Assembly (NCBI GenBank): GCA_014729135.1
Contig: WJKK01000001.1
Coordinates: 535,590-599,589, forward strand
DNA from: a candidate division WWE3 bacterium
GTDB taxonomy: Bacteria; Patescibacteriota; WWE3; UBA101185; UBA10185
Length of the DNA stretch: 64,000 nt
Reading direction: 5' to 3'
Part shown: piece after piece, positions 38,016-45,953 of the stretch
How the letters are laid out: every line of letters starts with the position of its first letter
Position numbering within the stretch: position 1 is the stretch's first letter
The notes under the pieces: generated by a model
What the model was told of the DNA's origin: nothing
Databases searched by the model: none
What the model saw: only the letters and a program-made list of their open reading frames with translations
Program-made: the position numbers and the translations under genes

Positions 38016-39731
38016 ATGTTTGTTATTGAAAATATAAAAATTGATTGGTGGAGTCATTTATCTTTTGACAAATCAATTGAGCTTGAAGAAGGTGTAAACT
38101 TAATTATAGGAAAAAATGGGAGTGGAAAAACATCTTTATTACAGATGCTAGAAAGTGCTTCTAGAAATGCAAATTTGAGTTTTCCACCAGACGGCCTACT
38201 GACTTATAGCAATGGTGAAGAGCTCTCCAAAATACAGGTTAGAGAAACCTCTGGTGACCTTTCTACCTTGTCTTTTCGAGTACATGGTAACAATGCCACA
38301 TGGAATAATTTTCAACCTCTAGCAAGTAAAGTCAGGTTTATTACTTCGGACAGAAAGGTCAACATGACTTCCGCCGCCAATAATCCTATACCTATTATAT
38401 CCAAGGACATTTCAATCCCCGAGCCAGGGGCAGAAATTGATATTTCTTTAGAATTTACGCAAGCTATATTAAAGGACTTATTTGAGGAAGTTCAAAAATA
38501 CACTGCTAAAACAAATGTAGCAGAGGATATTGTGGAAAGTTATAAAGAAGGTCTGGTTGATTTTGATAAAGATATATCTATTGATCTGAGGAGGTCTCAA
38601 AATCCAATATTTTTTACAGATTACAAAGGAAGAGAAATTCAGATAAATAATTTGAGCTCTGGTGAGAAAGAATACTTATATTTCTATGCATTCCTGAGGA
38701 AGGTGAGAAATGATAAGGACAAAATTATATTAATTGATGAGCCAGAATTACATCTGCACAGTAGTCAATTACGAAAACTTTGCGAGTTAATTACTGAAAT
38801 TGGGAAAAATAATCAGGTTGTTATTGCAACACACTCAGGAGAAATTTTACAACATTTTATTGATACGAATATTGTTATGTTGGATAAGGGTACGGTAACA
38901 AACATCAGCACTAATATCGAAATGAAGGAAGCCCTTGATAGTATTGGGCTACCTGTTGACCCTTCCGTCTTTACAGCACATTGGATATGTGCAGAAAATG
39001 AACTTACAAAAAAATTTGCTGGTAAAAATGCTCCAACTACTCCAGAATTGCTTAAGTGGATCTTTGGAAAAAGTATAAAAAAACGATATTGGTCATTTGG
39101 AAATAACTATCAACGCGCAAATGCTGTTATAGAAGGTATTAAGAGTGTATCCTCAAATCCTATACCTTTAAAGCTACATGTAATCTTAGACGGTGACAAA
39201 CAAGTAAGATCTGTTTATAACTATCCCCCCAAGAAAGATTCCTCAAAAGATACAAAAGTTTTATATTGGCCTTTTTGGGAAATAGAGAATGTTTTATTGA
39301 TACCAGCCCTTGTTGATCAACTTGTGGTTGTGGAGGATGAAAACAAATCAGGTAATGATTTGCTTTGGGAAAAAATCGAGCTTAACAAAGAAAAGCTATT
39401 TTCATCAATACACAAAACGACACTTAAAAACCAATTACGAAAATATTCGGTTGATAAAGTGATCAAAAAGTCACCTAAGGAGGATCTTAAAATATGGAAA
39501 GACAAGGTGCTGGCAATCACTTTTGATAGTAATAAGCTAAGTAAGTCATTTGACGGTGTAATATCTAAACGTTCTTGGCAATGGATTCCTGGTAAAGAAT
39601 GTCTGCCCCTATTGTTGGAATTGGAGCCAAAATTATGGGAAAAAGTAAGAAAGCTTATTGACTCAGGTGGATTCCAAGATATTATTGCTTCTGTACCTGA
39701 ATTAGAAGGTTTAAAGGGTAAATTAAAGTAG
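38016..39731 (+). CDS. ABC-type ATPase fused to a TOPRIM-like nuclease domain, consistent with OLD-family / Gabija GajA-like / fused PARIS (AriAB)-like
   Basis: Walker A LIIGKNGSGKTSLL near the N-terminus, an ABC-signature-like NNLSSGEKEYL, Walker B IILIDEPELHLH, and H-loop VIATHS. C-terminal ICAENE (Glu) and, about 75 aa later, ILDGD (DxD), the TOPRIM E...DxD spacing. 571 aa. No UvrD-like GajB gene is adjacent. Confidence 0.55.
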   Translation: MFVIENIKIDWWSHLSFDKSIELEEGVNLIIGKNGSGKTSLLQMLESASRNANLSFPPDGLLTYSNGEELSKIQVRETSGDLSTLSFRVHGNNATWNNFQPLASKVRFITSDRKVNMTSAANNPIPIISKDISIPEPGAEIDISLEFTQAILKDLFEEVQKYTAKTNVAEDIVESYKEGLVDFDKDISIDLRRSQNPIFFTDYKGREIQINNLSSGEKEYLYFYAFLRKVRNDKDKIILIDEPELHLHSSQLRKLCELITEIGKNNQVVIATHSGEILQHFIDTNIVMLDKGTVTNISTNIEMKEALDSIGLPVDPSVFTAHWICAENELTKKFAGKNAPTTPELLKWIFGKSIKKRYWSFGNNYQRANAVIEGIKSVSSNPIPLKLHVILDGDKQVRSVYNYPPKKDSSKDTKVLYWPFWEIENVLLIPALVDQLVVVEDENKSGNDLLWEKIELNKEKLFSSIHKTTLKNQLRKYSVDKVIKKSPKEDLKIWKDKVLAITFDSNKLSKSFDGVISKRSWQWIPGKECLPLLLELEPKLWEKVRKLIDSGGFQDIIASVPELEGLKGKLK

Positions 39732-39738
39732 CATAAAC

Positions 39739-40161
39739 ATGACATTAGATCAGATATCGCTAATATTTAATATCGTGCAAGCAACGCTCCTGGGTGTTCT
39801 TTTTATTTACTTAAAATTCAATATTGAAAAAAGATTAAAAAAACACGAGTATTTTGTTACAGATCTAGGTGAGCTTAACAATAAAATGCACGATAGATTG
39901 GTTCACTTCGAAAAACATATTAGAAAACAAAAGCCAATATCACCTACTTTAAGAGAGAGGCTCTTAATGAATTCCTCCAGGCTAACAAAATATGATAAAC
40001 AAATTCCCAAACTTGTAGCGGATTTACTAGATTTATGGGATTCAGCTTTTGATAAGGATTCTATTACTTGTGTTGACGAGGCTACTTTATCAACAATAAG
40101 AGGAAAAAGTCTCAAGCTAACTTCAAAAATAAAAGATCGTGTGGATTCCTTAGTTGTATAG
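39739..40161 (+). CDS. Hypothetical small membrane/coiled-coil protein co-transcribed with the ATPase-TOPRIM gene
   Basis: It starts 8 nt after the upstream stop. It has an N-terminal TM helix (IFNIVQATLLGVLFIYL) followed by a charged helical region. Confidence 0.3.
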   Translation: MTLDQISLIFNIVQATLLGVLFIYLKFNIEKRLKKHEYFVTDLGELNNKMHDRLVHFEKHIRKQKPISPTLRERLLMNSSRLTKYDKQIPKLVADLLDLWDSAFDKDSITCVDEATLSTIRGKSLKLTSKIKDRVDSLVV

Positions 40162-40184
40162 AGTAGAGGTTATGTGGATTGCGC

Positions 40185-40274
40185 CAACCCCACCTTTGGT
40201 AAATAAACACTGTTATCAAATAAAAAGCTCTCAATAAATTCTCGCATTTGTTTATAACATGCCTCAGGACCCCA
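40185..40274. repeat. Direct repeat A (copy 1), ending in ...caggacccca
   Basis: About 90% identical to 42835-42925. Both copies end in cccca. Copy 2 is fused directly to repeat X'. Confidence 0.65.
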
Positions 40275-40349
40275 ATGAGAATTTCCTTTAACAACAATAA
40301 AATAATGAGTCCCTGACCGTACGGCTCGAACCTATACAAATCTAGTTTA

Positions 40350-41636
40350 GTGGTTTATCATAAACGCATGACTATAAATAGGCTTCCAAACTCGGAACAC
40401 TTAACGGATGATGTTTTAGAAGAAATATTTGAACCAAAACCACCAGAAACAGCAAAGGATCAACCAAACAAATTTCAAGAGGTAACAGACTTGGTTTATG
40501 AGACCGACCCTTTAGGAAAAGCCTTGACTGGAAGAACCCCAGAACGTTTGGAAGAAGAAACTGGAATACCCACAGAAATTATGTTTCCAAAAGATGCAAA
40601 AATACTATATGTGGGAGATCCTTGGCAAAGAATGGGTCGGGAACTTGATGAGTCCCATGGAAGTAATCTAACTCTTATAGATTATGAGTATGGTGAAGTT
40701 GCCTCTTTTGTGAGAGATGATGAGAGTTTTAGAGAAAGCATTGCTCGGAAAGGTAATTATTTAGCTGAACAGTTAGAGGCTATGGTTGCAGAAGAGGTAC
40801 TAGCTGAATACAACGAGGAAGATGCTGAATGGCTAAAACATTTCAATGAGTTGGTACAAGAGGCAAATAAACTCTCAGAAGATGCAGACTCTGATGAAGA
40901 TTATGCGCGTGCCTCGGAAGCTTGGGGAAAAGCACGAGAATATATAGAAGAAACACATAAAGCGGATGTTGAAGACAAGGAACAGCAAGAAGCTGAACCA
41001 GGAGATACCCCAACTGATGAAGATTACGAGGATGACGAATTAGCTTATTTTAGAACCTCTGCTTGGTATGATTGTGTCTATGGTGAAAGGGGTTTTAAGG
41101 ATATTCCCGATTGGAATAATATAATAAAGCCCAAAGTTGAAGCATTAGAGCAAGAATTAAGCAATCTGCCTGAACAGGAAAGAGAAAGAAGAGTTGCAAA
41201 TGAGACACGTAGTTGGATTGAAGAAATTAGACTACAAAAACGTACCGAAAAATCAAATGTAGTAGAAGCTGTATTTCCACAACTGCCTTTTAAGGATGAG
41301 GCTTTTGATAGACTTGTCGCTTCCTGGTCAATCTCTGCACATGTATTTGCCGAACTAGATGAAGAAGGATTTGAGGTATTTTGGGATGAAACACACAGGG
41401 TTCTTGCTGATCAAGGGGAAGCCTATATTTTTCCCCTTAACTACTATTACTATGTTGACGAAACACTCATCAACAGTCTCGAGCAGATGAAAGAAAAACA
41501 TCCTGATATGGACTATGCAATATTAAATAATGAGGGTACACCTATTTCGTATGAAGAAGCTAGTTCGTATGGATACGGGGACGAATACACTTTAGTTTTA
41601 CATAAGGGTATCCCGAACGAAGCTGAACAAGAGTAA
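40350..41636 (+). CDS. Hypothetical hyper-acidic protein (428 aa, Glu/Asp-rich)
   Basis: Long ORF with very high E/D content (runs such as EDAEW, DEDYEDDE, EEEE). No catalytic motif. Confidence 0.35.
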   Translation: MVYHKRMTINRLPNSEHLTDDVLEEIFEPKPPETAKDQPNKFQEVTDLVYETDPLGKALTGRTPERLEEETGIPTEIMFPKDAKILYVGDPWQRMGRELDESHGSNLTLIDYEYGEVASFVRDDESFRESIARKGNYLAEQLEAMVAEEVLAEYNEEDAEWLKHFNELVQEANKLSEDADSDEDYARASEAWGKAREYIEETHKADVEDKEQQEAEPGDTPTDEDYEDDELAYFRTSAWYDCVYGERGFKDIPDWNNIIKPKVEALEQELSNLPEQERERRVANETRSWIEEIRLQKRTEKSNVVEAVFPQLPFKDEAFDRLVASWSISAHVFAELDEEGFEVFWDETHRVLADQGEAYIFPLNYYYYVDETLINSLEQMKEKHPDMDYAILNNEGTPISYEEASSYGYGDEYTLVLHKGIPNEAEQE

Positions 41637-41649
41637 TTTTTAACGCACT

Positions 41650-41830
41650 CCAACCAAAACAGAAGCTGTAATTTCATCTCTAACTTCCATTGACCAGCCA
41701 CCCCAGTAAAAAAAACAGGGGTTGTAAATTTCCGCTAACTTATCTTTCACATTCTTGCTTTCTATTGCGGAGCTAAAATAAAAATGGGTTAAAGAAACCA
41801 TAATTCTCTGGGTATAATTTAATCAGTAAG
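41650..41830 (-). pseudogene. Truncated paralogue (remnant) of the 44471..44839 gene
   Basis: The nucleotide stretch tctattgcggagcta-aataa...aaagaaaccataattc and its flanks match 44590-44660 at about 80%. Only the C-terminal part is present, with no complete ORF. Confidence 0.3.
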
Positions 41831-41854
41831 GAAATTTCCAAGTATACTTAAGAT

Positions 41855-42079
41855 ATGAGTTCTCAGATCGATAAAAAATTAGAAAAGTTACTTGTTACTT
41901 CTGATATACAAGATACAGACATTAAAGAATACTTAGGAGAAATGCCTAAAAATAATCAAACTCTATTGGAGATTCTCAAAAACATTAGAAAACACATTAG
42001 GACTTATGGTAGAAAAAGTGACTCTTTGGAAAATTACATAGAATTGGTAAAGGAACGGGTAGCTTCTGAGGATCTTTGA
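41855..42079 (+). CDS. Hypothetical small protein
   Basis: 74-aa ORF. Its 3' end overlaps the convergent 42034..42756 gene. Weak support. Confidence 0.2.
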   Translation: MSSQIDKKLEKLLVTSDIQDTDIKEYLGEMPKNNQTLLEILKNIRKHIRTYGRKSDSLENYIELVKERVASEDL

Positions 42080-42756
42080 ATAAACTCGTCTACATTTTCT
42101 GATTCTTTCCAAATATCTCTAAAATCAGGAAGAATATCTTCATGTTTTTTATAAGGTTCAGGCTTGTGGTTACCTGTAATATCTACAAATTCAGGAGTTT
42201 CAAGAATAACTACATTAAATATTTCAGAGAGATTCCAGAGTAAAGAATCGTTTGCATCTTCTATAAGTCCCGGATGTTTATCTACATAGTCGTAAAACAT
42301 AAAGTGCAACATTTCGTGTGCTCCTACATATACAGGACCTTCAGGATGTTTATAGTAAACTTGGAAAGTTTTTTGGTTTAAAAATCTAGGGTTACAGTTA
42401 AATATTGATAAGAAACCTACATAAGCACCTTCTGGCCATTCGTGGCCATTAAAAAGCTCTTTTGCTTTGTCTAAAAAAGTATCTTCTACATTGTTCCATT
42501 TTCTCTGTATTTTCTCTTGAGTTTCATGCAATTCTTGAGATTTTTCCTCATAAACCTGATCCACGTATTTATTAAAAAATTCGATTTTACTGTCACCTTC
42601 TAAATCTTTGGTTTCCTTTAATCTAGGATGAAGTGCTAATATAGTTTCACTAAAAGTATCTTTGGAGTCGAAAGTAAGAAATTCTTTCACAGTCCAGTAG
42701 TCCATCTCCTTATTTATCTCAAAATTTACATGTGGTTTGTTGTTTATGTAACCCAT
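42034..42756 (-). CDS. HExxH zincin-like protein (family not identified)
   Basis: GAHEMLHFMFYDY motif. It is paralogous in this motif to the 43652..44299 product (HELNHFMFHHY). Confidence 0.4.
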   Translation of the reverse strand: MGYINNKPHVNFEINKEMDYWTVKEFLTFDSKDTFSETILALHPRLKETKDLEGDSKIEFFNKYVDQVYEEKSQELHETQEKIQRKWNNVEDTFLDKAKELFNGHEWPEGAYVGFLSIFNCNPRFLNQKTFQVYYKHPEGPVYVGAHEMLHFMFYDYVDKHPGLIEDANDSLLWNLSEIFNVVILETPEFVDITGNHKPEPYKKHEDILPDFRDIWKESENVDEFIQRSSEATRSFTNSM

Positions 42757-42834
42757 ACTTAAGTAGCATAGTGAAAAGTGATTGATTTAGCAATGCAATA
42801 AGAGATTAGCTGTCTTGCCTAATTTAGTATTCCT

Positions 42835-42925
42835 CCAACCCCACCTCTGGTAAATAAACACTGTTATCAAATAAAAACGCTTCAATAAATCCTCTCATTT
42901 GTTTATAACATGCCTCAGGACCCCA
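42835..42925. repeat. Direct repeat A (copy 2)
   Basis: See 40185-40274. Confidence 0.65.
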
Positions 42926-43010
42926 GAGGCTTTTGCGAAGCAAAAGGCGATGGTTGATCAAAATGCCTACAGCATTTTGACCTACCCGAAAACTTGGTAC
43001 TCCAAGTCTG
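42926..43010. repeat. Direct repeat X' (copy 2 of the tRNA-His 3' flank)
   Basis: See 36454-36545. It is preceded by gacccca (cccca core). Confidence 0.7.
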
Positions 43011-43025
43011 AGCATTGAGTACTAC

Positions 43026-43652
43026 CTAATTAAAGTTTTCATAATTCAATTCAAACCCGTAAATATCTTTAAAAGCTTTATTGAATTCATCTTCTGATTT
43101 AATGTTTTTCAATTCTTTGAGTAATTTCAAAAATTTATCTTTTTCATAGTTTTCAATCAAATGCTTAATAACAAAACCCGCCTCTTCATAAACTTCTAGG
43201 CTATCCATATCTTGATTATAGTGATTTAAAAAGTTCTTAAATTCTTTTGGAGGTTCTTTGTCATTTATTTCTCCGGAAAGATACATCGCGAGTCCTTCCC
43301 ACAACCAATCCGGAAGAACTTGGCCTTTTATTTGTGTATAAGCCCCTGTAAAAGAGTGCACTAATTCATGTCTAATTATTTCTTGATGCTCCTTCTTTGT
43401 ATATTTAGTTCCGTCTGCTTTCTTAAACTTATCTCTGTCAATTACATAAACGTCAAGTTTATCTGTCCAACCCGACATTGTTGGAGGTGCTTCCCCGTTC
43501 CAAAGCTCTTGAATTGTTTCTTCATCTTGTACTAGAAAGAGTTTAGGAGTATTTCTTGTCCAATCAAGTTCGAAGAAGTCACATAGCTCTTTCATAGCCC
43601 TTTTATACATTTTCTGGATTTTGGGTCTTTTAGGAGATTTAATTTCAAACAT
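43026..43652 (-). CDS. Gluzincin-like metallopeptidase (M1/Peptidase_MA-like minimal domain)
   Basis: HELVHSFTG followed 21 aa later by WLWEGLAMYLSG. This is the HExxH...WLxEGxA pattern of the aminopeptidase-N-like MA clan. Confidence 0.45.
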   Translation of the reverse strand: MFEIKSPKRPKIQKMYKRAMKELCDFFELDWTRNTPKLFLVQDEETIQELWNGEAPPTMSGWTDKLDVYVIDRDKFKKADGTKYTKKEHQEIIRHELVHSFTGAYTQIKGQVLPDWLWEGLAMYLSGEINDKEPPKEFKNFLNHYNQDMDSLEVYEEAGFVIKHLIENYEKDKFLKLLKELKNIKSEDEFNKAFKDIYGFELNYENFN

Positions 43653-44299
43653 TATTCTTTTTCTATTTTCCTAACAGCCGCACTAATTGCGTCATCTATG
43701 TTTTCCCAGTATTTAGAAGCATATAAGACTCTTAAATCTTCTTGATTTTTTAAACCGGGGTCTTCCGGATTTGTAAAAAACGTTAAAGACTCTTTTATTA
43801 GATGAAATTTTTTATACTTTAGTTTATCTCTAAGGTGCCCAAAGTAATGATGAAACATAAAGTGATTTAATTCATGCAAAATAGACATTAGCTGTTCAGG
43901 TATTTCTTCATTTAAACCTACATATGTATATTTGTTTTCATAACTGTATGGGTAGATGGGTAGTGTTGTGTAGAATCCTATAAGATTCTTAAAAGGAAAT
44001 TTCCTTTTATATAGGCTTTCTACTGTATATATAATTTGGTTTCCCACCACTTGCCAAGCCTTGTTTAACAGTTTCTCTTTTTGTTCAATTTGTTGAATAT
44101 TCTGGTTGTAATATTTTTGAAAGTACTTTGTTAGTTGCTGTTTGGCATTGGGAGTTTTTTCTTTGCTCAACATTTTTTGTATCTCTGGATTTGTGGTTTT
44201 TAACAATTCGTCTTTTAATTTTAGGTCTTTGTTTTTAAGTAGCTTCTCAACATAATTATCAACTTCTTTTTCTATATTGTAAGTACATTTAAAATTCAT
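43652..44299 (-). CDS. HExxH zincin-like protein, paralogue of the 42034..42756 product
   Basis: ILHELNHFMFHHYFGHL motif. Its start overlaps the downstream gene's stop by 1 nt (operonic). Confidence 0.4.
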   Translation of the reverse strand: MNFKCTYNIEKEVDNYVEKLLKNKDLKLKDELLKTTNPEIQKMLSKEKTPNAKQQLTKYFQKYYNQNIQQIEQKEKLLNKAWQVVGNQIIYTVESLYKRKFPFKNLIGFYTTLPIYPYSYENKYTYVGLNEEIPEQLMSILHELNHFMFHHYFGHLRDKLKYKKFHLIKESLTFFTNPEDPGLKNQEDLRVLYASKYWENIDDAISAAVRKIEKE

Positions 44300-44335
44300 G
44301 GATTAGGTTTAGTTTACTTTATTAGTTGAAAAAGT

Positions 44336-44378
44336 AAAACCTGCGTGGTTTTATACGTTAAAATCACGCAGGTTTTTT
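44336..44378. terminator. Intrinsic terminator hairpin (aaaacctgcgtg...cacgcaggtttttt)
   Basis: A 10-bp GC-containing stem followed by a T-run, with an A-run on the other side. It lies between the 44471..44839 gene and the zincin operon. Confidence 0.5.
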
Positions 44379-44470
44379 GTTACAACCCATTTGCCAAGAC
44401 CTGCAAGTTTATTCCTATAATGCGCACTTTAAATTTGGAAAGGGGAACAGACGGCTAACGCCGTCCGTTT

Positions 44471-44839
44471 TTATGTTTTAAGTAATGTATCTATTAGTAG
44501 AGGTTGGTGAGTAGTTGCAGATACAGATATAGCTAGTGGTTCAAAACAGGGGTCATAAACTTCCACTAGCTTATCTTTTATCTTCTTCCTTTCTATTGCG
44601 GAGCTACAATAATGAAAAGATAAAGAAACCATAATTCCTGAAGTATAGTTTACCCAATAAGGAAACTTCCAATGATTTTTAATTCCCTCTTCAAGCTTAT
44701 CTGTTTCTCCAATGTCCAAAAATATGTTCCTATCATGAATGATATAAACTCCCGGAAGGTTTTTAAACGGAATTTCAAGCGGATAAGGGCCTTGAAAGTC
44801 TATTCCTGCTAGTTTAATAGGATAATTAAATGACTCCAT
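44471..44839 (-). CDS. Hypothetical protein (full-length paralogue of the 41650-41830 remnant)
   Basis: 122-aa ORF, divergent from the XRE regulator gene. Confidence 0.3.
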   Translation of the reverse strand: MESFNYPIKLAGIDFQGPYPLEIPFKNLPGVYIIHDRNIFLDIGETDKLEEGIKNHWKFPYWVNYTSGIMVSLSFHYCSSAIERKKIKDKLVEVYDPCFEPLAISVSATTHQPLLIDTLLKT

Positions 44840-44875
44840 AAATAAGTAAGGGGTTTTACTCTATGTAAATATTTT

Positions 44876-45250
44876 ATGCATATATTTCACAAAGTCAACG
44901 ACTTTACTTATAATGCGAGTATGGTAGGAAAAAACGATAACTACATTGGAAGATATATGCGAAACCGTAGAAAAGAATTAGAAATGACCCAGGAGGATTT
45001 AGCGTCAGAAGTGGGTTTAACTACATCCACAATTAGTTTATATGAATCAGGTGATAGAACCCCTCCGTTAAAAACCTTGGAAAAGATTGCACATGCCCTG
45101 CAAATAGATATATCTGAATTTTTCACTGTCAAAGAAGCCATGAGTTCTTTAGAAGACCTTCTTAAAGCTCAACATTTGACGTTAGGGAATGTTGAAAAGG
45201 TAAAAGACTATATTGAGTATCTAAAGTACAAACAAAAGTGTGGTGCTTAG
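44876..45250 (+). CDS. XRE-family (Cro/C1-type) helix-turn-helix transcriptional regulator
   Basis: LEMTQEDLASEVGLTTSTISLYESGDRTPPLKTLEKIAHALQIDISEFF is a canonical HTH_3 domain. Confidence 0.7.
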   Translation: MHIFHKVNDFTYNASMVGKNDNYIGRYMRNRRKELEMTQEDLASEVGLTTSTISLYESGDRTPPLKTLEKIAHALQIDISEFFTVKEAMSSLEDLLKAQHLTLGNVEKVKDYIEYLKYKQKCGA

Positions 45251-45348
45251 AATAAAGGTCCGCAGCTTCCAACAGTTGTCTTCTCAACGACTATGGAGTA
45301 TAATAGTTCAGTATTGAGATCATTCTAGCTAGCGAAGGAGGAGAAAAA

Positions 45349-45657
45349 ATGAAGGTTATGGTCGTGGACGATGACCGCTCCTGGCGTGAGATCCATCAGA
45401 TGGTTCTCACTGAAGCGGGTTTTGAGGTTACAACTTTTTCCTCACTGCGCAGTGCCAGGAGTGCCTCTGCAGGGTTTGAGCGCTTTGTAATCGACGGTAG
45501 CATTGACGCGCCCGATGACGGCATCACCTGGGCAAAAGAATTGACGTCCCAGGGCAAAAAAGTGGTCGTTTGTTCAGGGCGAAACGTCCCCTCTGGGCTC
45601 AAGTCAGTTGGCAAAGGCAATTACAAACCTCGCCGCATTGCTCGCCTACTTCGATAG
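45349..45657 (+). CDS. Orphan CheY-like receiver-domain protein in a GC-rich (about 53-55%) patch
   Basis: MKVMVVDDD N-terminus and a central FVIDGS candidate phospho-Asp region. Only 102 aa. The local GC is clearly above the surrounding 40%. Confidence 0.35.
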   Translation: MKVMVVDDDRSWREIHQMVLTEAGFEVTTFSSLRSARSASAGFERFVIDGSIDAPDDGITWAKELTSQGKKVVVCSGRNVPSGLKSVGKGNYKPRRIARLLR

Positions 45658-45858
45658 AACGTCGTCTACAGCCGTAAGGCATAGGAAATCTTTGGAGAAA
45701 TCCATCGAAACCCTGTGTCTTACGGCTTATTTTTTAAAGCCATTCAACCATTTTTACTTGTTTTCTTCTTGTTTAACAACTTACTTCTTCCAGCAAATTT
45801 TCCAGAACTCTTTGGTTTACTCTATACTCAATCTCTTGGTTTAAAAATGCGTCTAATA

Positions 45859-45868
45859 AGTCACCCCA
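45859..45868 (+). repeat. Exact 10-nt duplicate of the tRNA-His 3' terminus (agtcacccca), the putative distal att boundary
   Basis: Identical to 36444-36453. It is immediately followed by repeat Y'. Confidence 0.55.
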
Positions 45869-45953
45869 TTCAAAATCGCGAAGCATTTTGAATGACTCAG
45901 GTAAATTCGAACTTTCACCCGTTATGATTTAGGAAGTGAGAATTTAGCTGTGC
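45869..45953. repeat. Direct repeat Y' (copy 2)
   Basis: See 36551-36640. Confidence 0.7.

Larger units (their letters stand above)
36454..45868. mobile_element. Putative composite genomic island integrated at the 3' CCA end of tRNA-His, subdivided by nested direct repeats. No integrase is present.
   Basis: It starts exactly after the tRNA-His CCA. The X repeat (36454-36545) recurs at 42926-43010. The Y repeat (36551-36640) recurs at 45869-45953, preceded by an exact 10-nt copy of the tRNA-His 3' end, agtcacccca, at 45859-45868. The cargo is defense-like and regulatory genes, with one GC-rich gene. Confidence 0.5.

Noticed and set aside
40276-40345. tRNA-like fragment (gaccgtacggctcgaacc resembles a minus-strand T-arm) next to repeat A.
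   Set aside because: I could not fold a complete cloverleaf, because the T-stem halves do not pair and there are no anticodon or D arms. It is possibly a decayed att or tRNA remnant, but it is not callable as a gene.
44876-45250. XRE gene as the antitoxin of a toxin-antitoxin pair with the divergent 44471..44839 gene.
   Set aside because: The divergent gene has no recognisable toxin motif, and its arrangement (divergent, 37-bp gap) is equally consistent with simple autoregulation. Evidence is insufficient.
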